The position numbers and the translations under genes are program-made. The notes beneath the pieces were generated by a model. The model was not told the DNA's origin. It ran no database searches and saw only the letters and a program-made list of their open reading frames with translations. DNA of 64,000 bases from Candidatus Omnitrophota bacterium (GTDB lineage: Bacteria > Omnitrophota > Gorgyraeia > JAZDFF01): contig JAZDFF010000031.1 of assembly GCA_043808095.1 (NCBI GenBank), forward strand, positions 37,073 to 101,072, written 5' to 3'. Shown here piece after piece: positions 19,442-29,168 of this stretch. Numbering within the stretch: the stretch's first letter is position 1; each line of letters starts with the position of its first letter.

Positions 19442-19888
19442 ATGGCAAAGATCCAATCTCAAATCTTAGTTAAAAAGGGACGCGAAGAGATCTTTAACCT
19501 GCTTAAGGATATGGAGCGTTTCCCGGAATTCATGCGCGACGTAAAAAGCCTTCATATCTTAGAGCATGTTGATAATAAACTTATTACCAAATGGCAGATT
19601 GAGATAGAGAATACCGCAATCACCTGGAAGGAAGAGGATGTCTTCGACGACAAAAACTATACTCTAAAGTTTCATATGCTTGAAGGCGACTATCAGGAAT
19701 ACCAGGGCTCCTGGCGCCTCGAGCCGCATTCCGGCACCACCCGGATTAAAATAGACGCTGTCTTTGACTGGGGTATCCCGGTTTTAGAGAGATTTGTCGC
19801 AAATGTCCTTGAGCGTAAAGCCCGGCTTGCATTTGAGGGCATGCTCAAATCTATCAAGAAAAGATTGGAAGTTGATTTGCACAGATGA
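19442..19888 (+). CDS. SRPBCC/polyketide cyclase-dehydrase (START-like) protein
   Basis: DMERFPEFMRDVKS, F.MLEGD...YQGSWRL; ATG at 19442 preferred because the track start lies inside a repeat arm. Confidence 0.82.
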   Translation: MAKIQSQILVKKGREEIFNLLKDMERFPEFMRDVKSLHILEHVDNKLITKWQIEIENTAITWKEEDVFDDKNYTLKFHMLEGDYQEYQGSWRLEPHSGTTRIKIDAVFDWGIPVLERFVANVLERKARLAFEGMLKSIKKRLEVDLHR

Positions 19889-20347
19889 GCGCAGATAAAA
19901 GAACAGATGAGCACAGATTCTGGAATATATAAAGACCTTACCTACAAAATTATTGGCGTACTTTACGAAGTTCATAATGAGCTTGGGCCAGTTCATAAGG
20001 AGAATATTTATCATAAGGCAGTTGCGATAGAGTTAAAAAGTAAAAATATAAACTTCGATGAAGAAAAATATCTGCCTGTTATGTATAAAGGTCATAAAAT
20101 AGGGATATATAAACCGGATTTCATCATTGAAGATAAGGTTATATTGGAAATTAAAGCAGTCCCCTTATTAACTAAGGCGATGTTTGACCAGATTTATTAT
20201 TATCTTAAAGGCTCCAAATATAAACTGGTATTATTGGCTAATTTCGGATCCAGTAAATTAACTCTAAAACGCCGTATTTATACATAACATCTGTGCTAAT
20301 CTGTGAAAACACACATTTTAACTATTAATCTGTGCTAATCTGTGTGA
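19879..20347. mobile_element. Loaded hairpin element, family B (CACAGAT/ATCTGTG arms), enclosing a GxxExxY gene
   Basis: Left arm cacagatgagcgcagat..acagatgagcacagat; right arm atctgtgctaatctgtg..atctgtgctaatctgtg; mobility is inferred. Confidence 0.6.
19907..20287 (+). CDS. GxxExxY protein, variant motif
   Basis: VHNELGPVHKENIY, KPDFIIEDKVILEIKA, QIYYYLK, LLANFG. Confidence 0.88.
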   Translation: MSTDSGIYKDLTYKIIGVLYEVHNELGPVHKENIYHKAVAIELKSKNINFDEEKYLPVMYKGHKIGIYKPDFIIEDKVILEIKAVPLLTKAMFDQIYYYLKGSKYKLVLLANFGSSKLTLKRRIYT

Positions 20348-20369
20348 AGAATTAAATAACTCAAAACAT

Positions 20370-21470
20370 ATGTCAGATTTCGCCATCATAATTCATCCAA
20401 CAAGCGAAGAACTCCTGCACCGCTACGAGCCGGGAATGAAGAAAAAACCCAGGCAGGTAGTGAAAAAACTTCTCGAATGGATGGCTCCTTTTAAGGCATC
20501 TGATGTAAAGGGTCTGCGCTCTGTTACCGGAAAGACCTTAGACGGATACCTGGTAATGTGCCCGCTCTTAATGGAGCAGATGATTTCCCTAAATCCCCGC
20601 AAGGTGCTTAAGGCAATCGCCAATGCCGGAGAACTCGCCTCTAAATTAGGCGTAAAGATTATCGGATTAGGCGCCTATGCCGCATTAATCGGAAATAAAG
20701 GGCTGGAATTGGCGCAAAAGATAAAGATCCCCATTACTACAGGCGCTGCTTATACCCTGGCAATGATTCCCGAGGCTATTCTTCGGGCGATGAAGATTTT
20801 GGATGTGGAGCCTGAGAAAGCCAAGGTGCTTTTTATCGGTTCCGCTAATAATGTCGTTACTACCTGTATTGATATCCTGGGCCATTCATTTAACCGTATC
20901 TACCTCAATGGCCACCACTCCGAGAGGATTGATAATTATATCCGCCAGCAACGTAAAGACAAAGGTATAAATATAGAAAAAATCAATGACATCAGTGAAG
21001 TCCTGGCCCAGGCTGATGTCATTGTCGTAGCCACAAACAGGATTCCGCCTGCCTTTGATGTCCATAAGTTAAAACCGAAGACAATAGTCTTTGATGTCTC
21101 TTACCCCAGAAAAGTCCCCAATAATCTCCGGGATGATATCCTGGTGATTGACGGCCTGGCAGTCCGTCCCCCGGGTGAGGTTGATTTTAATTTTGATTTT
21201 GGCCTGCCGCGAGGCCTATCTTATCCCTGTATGGCAGAGCCATTAGTCCTGGCATTTGAAAACAGATTTGAGAGTTATTCCCTGGGCAGGGAGATCCCCA
21301 TTGAAAAAGTAAGGGAAATCAGCCGCCTGGCTTCCAAGCACGGCTTTGAAATCGTCGACTTTACCAGCCAAGACAGGCTATTTTCAACCGAGCAGGTAAA
21401 ACAAATAAAAACCAACGCGCAGAAAACCCAAACCTCAAAACGCACCATTTTTTCAACACCGATATTTTAG
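20370..21470 (+). CDS. Acyl-ACP reductase-like / shikimate-DH-like Rossmann oxidoreductase
   Basis: FAIIIHP, KIIGLGAY, ITTG, DVSYPR, FGLPRGLSYPCMAE, FESYSLGR; resembles the cyanobacterial AAR family. Confidence 0.7.
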   Translation: MSDFAIIIHPTSEELLHRYEPGMKKKPRQVVKKLLEWMAPFKASDVKGLRSVTGKTLDGYLVMCPLLMEQMISLNPRKVLKAIANAGELASKLGVKIIGLGAYAALIGNKGLELAQKIKIPITTGAAYTLAMIPEAILRAMKILDVEPEKAKVLFIGSANNVVTTCIDILGHSFNRIYLNGHHSERIDNYIRQQRKDKGINIEKINDISEVLAQADVIVVATNRIPPAFDVHKLKPKTIVFDVSYPRKVPNNLRDDILVIDGLAVRPPGEVDFNFDFGLPRGLSYPCMAEPLVLAFENRFESYSLGREIPIEKVREISRLASKHGFEIVDFTSQDRLFSTEQVKQIKTNAQKTQTSKRTIFSTPIF

Positions 21471-21484
21471 ATTAGGAGTTATTT

Positions 21485-22687
21485 ATGGAAGAGATTAAAA
21501 AAATATTAGATTTTATTGATAGAGTAGGTTTGTATCCGGATATAAAAGCTATTTCTGGATCTGCAACGCCAGAAGTTGTTATAAATGGTAGAAAAACTCT
21601 TCTATTTTCTTCAAATAGTTACTTAGGCATAGCCTCATCCGATAAATTGAAACAAGCTGGTATCGATGCTATAAATAAATACGGGATAGGAACCGCAGGA
21701 GCTCGATTGCTTTCAGGAAATTTAGAAATTCATGTGCAAGTAGAGAAAGAAATAGCAAAATTTAAACACTGTGATGATGCCATTGTATTCAATACCGGCT
21801 ATATGACAAACGTAGGAGCTATTAGTGCAGTTATGAATTTGCCCAAAATTGGCCCTAGTTCATTTTTCAAAGGAACGGGCATCATATTCAGTGACGAGTT
21901 AAATCATGCAAGCATTATTGACGGTTGCAAACTGAGTAATGCCAGTGTGATTATATATAAACATGTAGATATGAAGGATTTGGAAGGAAAACTTCGATGG
22001 CAAAGAAAGAGAAGAAAATTAATTATTACAGATGGAGTATTTAGTATGGATGGCGATATTGCTCCTTTAGATAAAATAGCAGAATTGGCAAAAAAATACA
22101 AAGCAATGGTGATGGTTGACGATGCTCACGCGACAGGAGTTTTAGGAAAAAATGGCAGCGGAACCCCAGAGCATTTTAATCTAACTCAAGACGACATAGA
22201 TATTATGATGGGAACTTTAAGTAAGGCATTGGCTGGTGCTGGTGGTTATGTAGCTGGTAAAAAAGACTTGATTAGATATCTGAGAGTAACAAGTAGGCCT
22301 TACATCTTCTCAACTTCAATGCCTGCTAGCAATTCTGCGGCGGTTATTGCAGCTATAAGAGAAATCAAAGACCACCCAGAATTAATAAGAAGGTTATGGG
22401 AAAATGCTAATCAGTTAAGAGAAGGCTTTAAAGAACGAGGGTTTAATACCTTAAAAAGCCAGTCCCAAATTATACCTGTATTAATAGGTGAAGAAAAAAA
22501 GGCCATAGAAGCTGCAAGGATACTTTTTGAAAGAGGTTTTTTTGCTCCCTGCGTGCGTTGGCCAGCAGTGGCTAAAGGTCAAGCGAGGATTAGGTTTACA
22601 GTTATGGCTTCACATTCAGAGCATCAGATAAATCTCCTTTTGGATGAATTTAGCAAGATTAGTAAAGAATTAGGAATTATCAATTAA
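21485..22687 (+). CDS. PLP-dependent alpha-oxoamine synthase (BioF/Kbl/SPT/CqsA superfamily)
   Basis: SNSYLG, SDELNHASIIDG, DGVFSMDGD, DDAHATG, GTLSKA. Confidence 0.9.
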   Translation: MEEIKKILDFIDRVGLYPDIKAISGSATPEVVINGRKTLLFSSNSYLGIASSDKLKQAGIDAINKYGIGTAGARLLSGNLEIHVQVEKEIAKFKHCDDAIVFNTGYMTNVGAISAVMNLPKIGPSSFFKGTGIIFSDELNHASIIDGCKLSNASVIIYKHVDMKDLEGKLRWQRKRRKLIITDGVFSMDGDIAPLDKIAELAKKYKAMVMVDDAHATGVLGKNGSGTPEHFNLTQDDIDIMMGTLSKALAGAGGYVAGKKDLIRYLRVTSRPYIFSTSMPASNSAAVIAAIREIKDHPELIRRLWENANQLREGFKERGFNTLKSQSQIIPVLIGEEKKAIEAARILFERGFFAPCVRWPAVAKGQARIRFTVMASHSEHQINLLLDEFSKISKELGIIN

Positions 22688-22723
22688 GTTCTTTAAAAGA
22701 ATGTTAATATAAAGAGGGAGGAA

Positions 22724-23500
22724 ATGAAAAGAAAATTAATTTTAGAGGATGTTTACAAGAATTTAGAGGTAAAAAAACAAGTTAGAATTATGGATAAAAC
22801 GGTGGATGTTCCAGTAAAATATGGAACTCAAGCAATAATGGGATTATTCCCCATATCGACAAAAAAGGCAACTAACTTTATTAATAATACAAGATTAAAA
22901 CCAGTAGAATTTTCTTTCGGGACAAGTCTTGTTTCTATTACTATTTTTAACCATATCGTCTGCCCAGTAGGTCCATATAGAGAAATAGCCTTATCAATTC
23001 CAATAATTCACGATACAAAGATTTCAGTTCCTCTTATCCCTTTTTTATTTAATAAGTTTATAAAAAATTTTGGGTTTTACTCATTTTTACTGACAGCCAA
23101 CACAACTATAGGAAGAGAACATGCAGAGAAAATTTGGGGATACCCTTTTTATAATAAAAACATAGAAGTGCAAATTGAGGAAAACGATTCGGGTTTTTCT
23201 GTACTAGCTGAAGAAAAGTTGGAAAAAGTTTTTTCTTTATCGGTGGAGAAAACAAATAAAGAAAAAATAATAAAAAGAGATTATCAAACCTATTTTTTAA
23301 AAGATGATAAATTAATAAACGTAGAATTAAACACAATAGGAATAAGCGGTTATTCCTTAGACAAGAAATCTGGAAAATTAGAATTAGGCTTTCATGAAAT
23401 TAGCAAAATATTGCAGAACTTATCTATCGATTTAACACCTTTAGAAACAATTTATTACAGAGAAGCTATTAAAATAGCGAATATTCCTAAAGCATTATAA
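22724..23500 (+). CDS. Acetoacetate-decarboxylase-fold protein
   Basis: VGPYREIALSI and GREHAEKIWGYP resemble ADC-family motifs. Confidence 0.6.
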   Translation: MKRKLILEDVYKNLEVKKQVRIMDKTVDVPVKYGTQAIMGLFPISTKKATNFINNTRLKPVEFSFGTSLVSITIFNHIVCPVGPYREIALSIPIIHDTKISVPLIPFLFNKFIKNFGFYSFLLTANTTIGREHAEKIWGYPFYNKNIEVQIEENDSGFSVLAEEKLEKVFSLSVEKTNKEKIIKRDYQTYFLKDDKLINVELNTIGISGYSLDKKSGKLELGFHEISKILQNLSIDLTPLETIYYREAIKIANIPKAL

Positions 23501-23515
23501 CATTCGTTATAGAAA

Positions 23516-25681
23516 ATGATCTATTATTTTAGTTTTAGTTCTTTATTGGGTGGGTTAATAGCTTTATTGACGGGTTTTGTAGTCTATTTCAAAAATAGAA
23601 ATAATATTCTTAATAAGACTTGGCTGTGGCTTAGTTTAAGCGTTGCAATTTGGAGTACCTGTTATTTTCTTCTTATCACATCTCCGACTAAAGACAATGC
23701 TCTTATTTATAATTTGGTCCTGCATTACGCTGCAATTTTTATTCCAGCCTTTTATTTACACTTTATTTTTTCTTTGATTGGATTGTCGCAAAAGAAAAGA
23801 ATAACATTATTTTTATGTTATACAATGAGTTTTGCTTTGGCAAGCATTAATCATTCTACGCTTTTTGTAAAAGATGTCTTGCCGAAATATATTTTTAATT
23901 TTTATCCAGATGCAGGAAAACTTTACTTTCTTTTCTTTCTAGACTTTTTTATTTGGATTAATTACGCTCTTTATGAATTATTCATGACTTATAAAAACAC
24001 TACGGGGTTTAAATCTTTGCAAATTAAATATGTAGGCATTGCTTCTATAGCTGGGTTTATAGGTGGCGGTAGTGTTTTTCTGCTTACTTTCAATATTCCT
24101 GCGCCACCTTTCGGCCTGGCTTTATTTTCTTTATATCCTATAGTAATTGCTTATTCCATTGTTAAATACCGCCTCATGGATATCACTGTTGCTATCACCC
24201 GCACAACTATCTTTGTTTTTGTATACAGCTTGGTATTAGGAATTCCATTTTTTATAGCCAAAACCTGGAGGCCATGGTTAGAAGATATATTTAAATCAAA
24301 TTGGTATTTTGTGCCTTTGGGCTTTCTTGGCTTCTTAGCCATGACTGGTCCGTCTATATACCTCTACATTCAGAAGAAGGCTGAAAATAGACTGCTTCGC
24401 GAGCAGAGACGCTACCAAGAGACTTTACGTCAGGCATCTGCAGGAATGGTACGCATACGGGATTTGAAGAAATTGCTCAATCTCATAGTCTATATGGTAA
24501 GGCGCGCAGTAAAATTAACCCATGTCTGTATCTATCTCTTTGATGAGAAGGCCAACCAATATACCCTTCAGGCAGTACGGGACCAGAATAGAGTGTTTGT
24601 AACTAACTTAGAGTTAGGTAATCATTTAGTTAAGCACCTTAGGGAATACCGCAAGCCCCTGGTTTATGAAGAATTAAAACGGCTTTCAGAAGATAAACGA
24701 GATCTTTCTTTTGTCCTGGCTGAGGCTGAGATGAAAAGGATAAATGCCTCAGTCATTGTTCCAAGTTTTGTTGAGGATAAACTCCTTGGTTTTATTGCTA
24801 TGGGCGATAAACTTTCCGGGAAGATTTTTACTGAGGATGATTTGGCTGTGTTTTCAGTATTGGCGAATCAGGCGGCTCTTGCTATTGAAAATGCCCAGTT
24901 CTATGACGAAGTTCAGGAAACCCAGGAGCAGTTATTCCAGGCAGAAAAAATGGCTACTCTTGGTACAATGGCAGACGGGCTCTCGCATCAGATAAATAAT
25001 CGTTTTCATGCTATGGGTTTAATTGCCGGCGATGCCCTGGATTCGATTAAACTCACCAATGCCGAAAGCCTGCCTGAGGATTCCAAAAAACTGCTCGGTG
25101 AAATAAAACACGCCTTAGAAAAAGTCCAGGATAATGTTATGCAGGGAGGAGAGGTGGTAAAAGGTCTCTTAAAATATTCCCGTCCGGGTGAAGAAGGCTT
25201 TGAAGCCATTACCTTAGACCAGATTATTGACGCCTCTTTAGAGATGGTTCAGTATAAGGTCAAATTAAAGGAATTGGATTTCGTAAGAGACTACGCTAAA
25301 GACTTGCCAAAAGCAAAAGTTAACCTTACCCAACTGCAGGAGGTATTCTTTAACCTTATTGATAATGCCAACGACGCGATGAGACAGAGAAAAGAGGAGT
25401 TAAAAGAGGCTGATTATCGTCCAAAAATTACTGTAAATGCCCAGGGCCTTGATAATGTCCTGCAGATTAAAATAAGCGACAATGGCATCGGCGTAAAAAA
25501 AGAAGACTTCCATAAATTATTCACCCCGTTTTTTACCACCAAGGCCTCCAGCCGAAAAGGAACCGGCCTTGGCCTATTCGTGATAAAAAAGATTGTCACC
25601 AGTAACCACGGTCAAATCTCCGTCGAATCCGAATACCAAAAAGGCACTACCTTCACGATAGAACTTCCGGTTGCCAAATGA
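23516..25681 (+). CDS. Multi-TM sensor + GAF histidine kinase
   Basis: TM N-terminus, GAF (FTEDDLAVFSVLANQAALAIENA), H-box LSHQINN, DNGIG, GTGLGL. Confidence 0.9.
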   Translation: MIYYFSFSSLLGGLIALLTGFVVYFKNRNNILNKTWLWLSLSVAIWSTCYFLLITSPTKDNALIYNLVLHYAAIFIPAFYLHFIFSLIGLSQKKRITLFLCYTMSFALASINHSTLFVKDVLPKYIFNFYPDAGKLYFLFFLDFFIWINYALYELFMTYKNTTGFKSLQIKYVGIASIAGFIGGGSVFLLTFNIPAPPFGLALFSLYPIVIAYSIVKYRLMDITVAITRTTIFVFVYSLVLGIPFFIAKTWRPWLEDIFKSNWYFVPLGFLGFLAMTGPSIYLYIQKKAENRLLREQRRYQETLRQASAGMVRIRDLKKLLNLIVYMVRRAVKLTHVCIYLFDEKANQYTLQAVRDQNRVFVTNLELGNHLVKHLREYRKPLVYEELKRLSEDKRDLSFVLAEAEMKRINASVIVPSFVEDKLLGFIAMGDKLSGKIFTEDDLAVFSVLANQAALAIENAQFYDEVQETQEQLFQAEKMATLGTMADGLSHQINNRFHAMGLIAGDALDSIKLTNAESLPEDSKKLLGEIKHALEKVQDNVMQGGEVVKGLLKYSRPGEEGFEAITLDQIIDASLEMVQYKVKLKELDFVRDYAKDLPKAKVNLTQLQEVFFNLIDNANDAMRQRKEELKEADYRPKITVNAQGLDNVLQIKISDNGIGVKKEDFHKLFTPFFTTKASSRKGTGLGLFVIKKIVTSNHGQISVESEYQKGTTFTIELPVAK

Positions 25682-25822
25682 TACAAGGGAACCGCAAAGA
25701 ACGCAAAAGTAGATAGCTATTAAAAACACCGCAAAGTTCGCAAAGAATAATTTTGGCGGTTTAGCGGTGAAAAAGTTTAAATTCAATTTTTTGCGCTTTG
25801 GCGATTAAAAAGGAGCAAAACC

Positions 25823-26188
25823 ATGCCAAAATTATTGATCGTTGATGATGAGCCTGATGTAACAGAATTTGCCAAGAACTTTTTCAAAAAGCGAAAATTT
25901 GACGTCACAACCGCCTCAAACGGGCCTGAGGCCCTTGAGATTATCCAAAGAAATAAACCCGATATAATGCTTTTAGATATCAAGATGGAAGGAATGGATG
26001 GCTTAGAGGTCCTCGAAAAAATTGGCGAAATTACCAAAGATGTCAGGATAATTATGGTTTCAGGGATCGAAGAGAAAGAGTCCGTAGAAAAGGCTAAAAA
26101 ATTAGGCGCAATCGGATTTGTCCATAAGCCGCTGGTGTTGGAAGAATTAGAGAGAGTCGTTTTAAAAGAGGCTGAGAAGATCAAATAG
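25823..26188 (+). CDS. Single-domain response regulator
   Basis: LLIVDDE, LLDIKMEGMDG, KP. Confidence 0.92.
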   Translation: MPKLLIVDDEPDVTEFAKNFFKKRKFDVTTASNGPEALEIIQRNKPDIMLLDIKMEGMDGLEVLEKIGEITKDVRIIMVSGIEEKESVEKAKKLGAIGFVHKPLVLEELERVVLKEAEKIK

Positions 26189-26194
26189 AAATAT

Positions 26195-27364
26195 ATGGGA
26201 CTAATAGACTACAAATCGGAACTTGAGGCTGCTGCAAAAAGCATGATCCTGGTACATCATCCGGGCATGCTCATTAAGATGATGGTGCGCATGCTGGTAA
26301 ATAAAGTGCGTCTGCACCATGCCGGAATCCTGCTTTATAATAAAGACCGCAACACCTATATCCTGACGATCTCAAGAGGACAGCGCGGCTTAAAAATTCC
26401 CGCCGGTTATGCCCGCGTAGAGCCCAGCGCAGGACTAGTCAGGTTCTTCAGTAGCAAAAACACCCATTTTAAAGACTCAGTGCTGACAGTCGAACGGATT
26501 AATGCCTACCTTAGAAAAAAAGAAATTTCCCAAAATCAATCTTTGGCTGAGATACTTGTTGAGGCCAAGCGGCAGATGTCTGATTTTGGAGCTGTTACTG
26601 CTATACCGATTTTCTTTCAACAGGATCTATTGGGCGTAATGCTCTTTGGAAAGAAGCGCTCAGGCAAAAAATTCCTGAAGGAAGAACTTAATTTCTTTGT
26701 GGCCTTATCCAGTAATGTGGCCATGGCTATTAGAAACGCCCAGTTATTTGAGGATTTGGCAATCGAGGTTGAAAGGAATCATCGGCTATTTATCCATACT
26801 GCAATGGCCCTGGCAAGCGCCATTGATGCCAAGGACCACTATACCCACGGCCATACCCAGCGGGTTACGGATTATTGCCTGGCTATAGCGCGAAGGCTCA
26901 TTATGCAAAAGGTCCTTAAGCCTAAGGAGGGTTTTCTTGAAAATCTACGCACTTCCGGCCTTCTTCACGATATCGGAAAAATCGGCGTGCCTGAGGCTAT
27001 TTTAGGCAAAGAACAGAAACTAACTGATGATGAAATAACTAAAGTCAAACAGCATTCTTTGATTGGAGTAACAATATTGCAGCCGATAAAGGAATTGGCT
27101 GAGCCTATTTTGGGGGTAAGGTATCATCATGAAAATTTTGACGGAACAGGCTACCCCGAGGGTAAAATTGCCGAAGATATCCCGATTTTTGCCCGCATCA
27201 TCCGTGTCGCCGATGCCTATGATGCCATGACCTCAGACCGTCCCTACCGCAAAGCCTTTACCAAGCACGAAGCCGTCGAAGAATTAAAAAAATACGCCGG
27301 CACCCAATTTGACCCTGCCATTGTCGATGCAGTCGTCGAGCTCTTTCACGAAGGAAATATATAA
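26195..27364 (+). CDS. GAF + HD-GYP phosphodiesterase (c-di-GMP PDE-like)
   Basis: KDHYTHGHTQRV, LLHDIGK, HHENFDGTGYP, DAYDAMTSDRPYR. Confidence 0.9.
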   Translation: MGLIDYKSELEAAAKSMILVHHPGMLIKMMVRMLVNKVRLHHAGILLYNKDRNTYILTISRGQRGLKIPAGYARVEPSAGLVRFFSSKNTHFKDSVLTVERINAYLRKKEISQNQSLAEILVEAKRQMSDFGAVTAIPIFFQQDLLGVMLFGKKRSGKKFLKEELNFFVALSSNVAMAIRNAQLFEDLAIEVERNHRLFIHTAMALASAIDAKDHYTHGHTQRVTDYCLAIARRLIMQKVLKPKEGFLENLRTSGLLHDIGKIGVPEAILGKEQKLTDDEITKVKQHSLIGVTILQPIKELAEPILGVRYHHENFDGTGYPEGKIAEDIPIFARIIRVADAYDAMTSDRPYRKAFTKHEAVEELKKYAGTQFDPAIVDAVVELFHEGNI

Positions 27365-27385
27365 AAAAGCGGTTACTAAAAACAG

Positions 27386-29014
27386 TTACTTAGTAACCTT
27401 GTTCTTCTTTAACTCAATGATAAACTCACTCCTAACGCCAACCTTACTTTCCACTCCAATGCTCCCGCCATGTTCCTTAATTATCCCGTGGGTAATAGAC
27501 AGTCCTAGGCCTGTTCCGGTTTCCTTGGTGCCGTAAAATGGGTCAAAGATATGAGGAAGGTCTTTTGTCTGAATACCGGCTCCTGTATCCTTAATGCTTA
27601 TCTCAACCCAACCAGGCTCCTTATCTACAGTCTTTATGGTCAGGATTCCGCCCTGTGGCATTGCATCGAGCGCGTTGAGGATGATATTTAAGAACGCCTG
27701 TTTTATCTGAACCGGGTCAAGGTTTAGGATAGGATTTGTAGAGTTAAATTCTTTGACTAAGGCAACTTTCTTTTTTAATAAATCATTGGTTAAAAGCGAA
27801 AATGTATCTTCTAATAATTGGTGGATATCGCAGTCTTGTAGCTTAAGAGGGGTGGGCCTGGCAAAGTCAAGCAGGCCGTGGACGATATTATTGATTTTAT
27901 CTACCTCAGAGCCGACAATCCTTTGAAATTTCTCCAAGAATTCCGGATTGTCTTTATTTTCCTTAAGATACTCGGTAAAGGTCTTAATCGAGGTTAAGGG
28001 ATTCTTAATTTCATGGGCCATGCCTGCGGCTAGCGTTGCAACTGCCTTCATTTTCTCTGAGCGACGTATCTCTTCCTCCAGGCGTTCTTTTTCCAGTGCC
28101 AGGGAAGAGAGAGTGCCTTTGAAAAACAGTCGATCAATGATTTTCTGGATTCTGTCTTTGACAGGGTTAAAAAATAGGGCAATTACAAACGCCGCAAGGA
28201 TTGAAGCAACAAGAGAGCTATAGCCCATAAAAGTATGTAACAAGCGTTCAAGGAGCATAACAAAAATTAGATAGGTTGCTGTGATAAAGGCAACCAGAAG
28301 AGAATAAACTAGGCCTTTTTGAATGACTACTTTTATGTCCATGAGTTGGTGTTTGATTATTGCATAGGCCGACACAAAAATAAATATCGGAACAAGATAA
28401 TTACTAAATGGATTAAGAGGATAAAAATGCAAGTTATACATATAAGCCAAATTTGATAGGCCTCCTATATAACCGATAATAGTTGCCCAAAATAAATATT
28501 TTAATTGATTTTTTTTAGTTCCTGTTGATTTTCGATATTTCACATAGAAAAGCCTTTCTGCATAAATAACTGTTATTAAAAAATAGTACCATGTTAGGAT
28601 ATAAAGTGGCCCAACAAAAAAAGAATACTTGATAAATTGATTTGGAATTACTTTGTTAAGATATAATTTAGATGGAAATGTTAATAGGAAGATAATGGCA
28701 ATGACATAAGCAGATTTAAGAATAAAAGCTTTTTTAATATTTAATAATTTGACGACAAAATGTAAAAATAGCACCGGAATCAAAATTACTCCGATATGTT
28801 CCAATTTTCCAAACAGAAGCACCAAATTTTCTTTACCGATCCATCCAATCCAAGATTGACAAAAACTCCATTCAGCAATACATAAACAGAATATAAAAAA
28901 TATTTTGTTTACTGTTTGTTTTCTATTAGAAAAAAATACAAAAATACCAAGAGCAAGTGAAGTAAAACTCGAGAATAATAATGCAAACCTGTAATTAAAT
29001 TCGTAAAATTCCAT
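27386..29014 (-). CDS. Multi-TM sensor histidine kinase, paralogue of 15576-17189
   Basis: TM N-terminus, AHEIKNPLTSIKTF, DTGAGI, GTGLGL. Confidence 0.9.
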   Translation of the reverse strand: MEFYEFNYRFALLFSSFTSLALGIFVFFSNRKQTVNKIFFIFCLCIAEWSFCQSWIGWIGKENLVLLFGKLEHIGVILIPVLFLHFVVKLLNIKKAFILKSAYVIAIIFLLTFPSKLYLNKVIPNQFIKYSFFVGPLYILTWYYFLITVIYAERLFYVKYRKSTGTKKNQLKYLFWATIIGYIGGLSNLAYMYNLHFYPLNPFSNYLVPIFIFVSAYAIIKHQLMDIKVVIQKGLVYSLLVAFITATYLIFVMLLERLLHTFMGYSSLVASILAAFVIALFFNPVKDRIQKIIDRLFFKGTLSSLALEKERLEEEIRRSEKMKAVATLAAGMAHEIKNPLTSIKTFTEYLKENKDNPEFLEKFQRIVGSEVDKINNIVHGLLDFARPTPLKLQDCDIHQLLEDTFSLLTNDLLKKKVALVKEFNSTNPILNLDPVQIKQAFLNIILNALDAMPQGGILTIKTVDKEPGWVEISIKDTGAGIQTKDLPHIFDPFYGTKETGTGLGLSITHGIIKEHGGSIGVESKVGVRSEFIIELKKNKVTK

Positions 29015-29168
29015 ATGCTTTATTTAAATAGAGAAGGGTTCATATTATCTTCGCCACTTTTTCTTTTTTTAACACCGCCAAGACGCCAAATTACTGTCTA
29101 TTGTGAGTCATTCGCAAAGGCGCAAAACCTCTGGCTGCTGATAGAGGGAGAGAGATTCCCGGACTTTT

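Noticed and set aside
21485-22687. Assigning bioF, spt or cqsA as the gene symbol
   Set aside because: Family motifs do not discriminate between them without phylogeny, and no biotin or sphingolipid neighbours are present.
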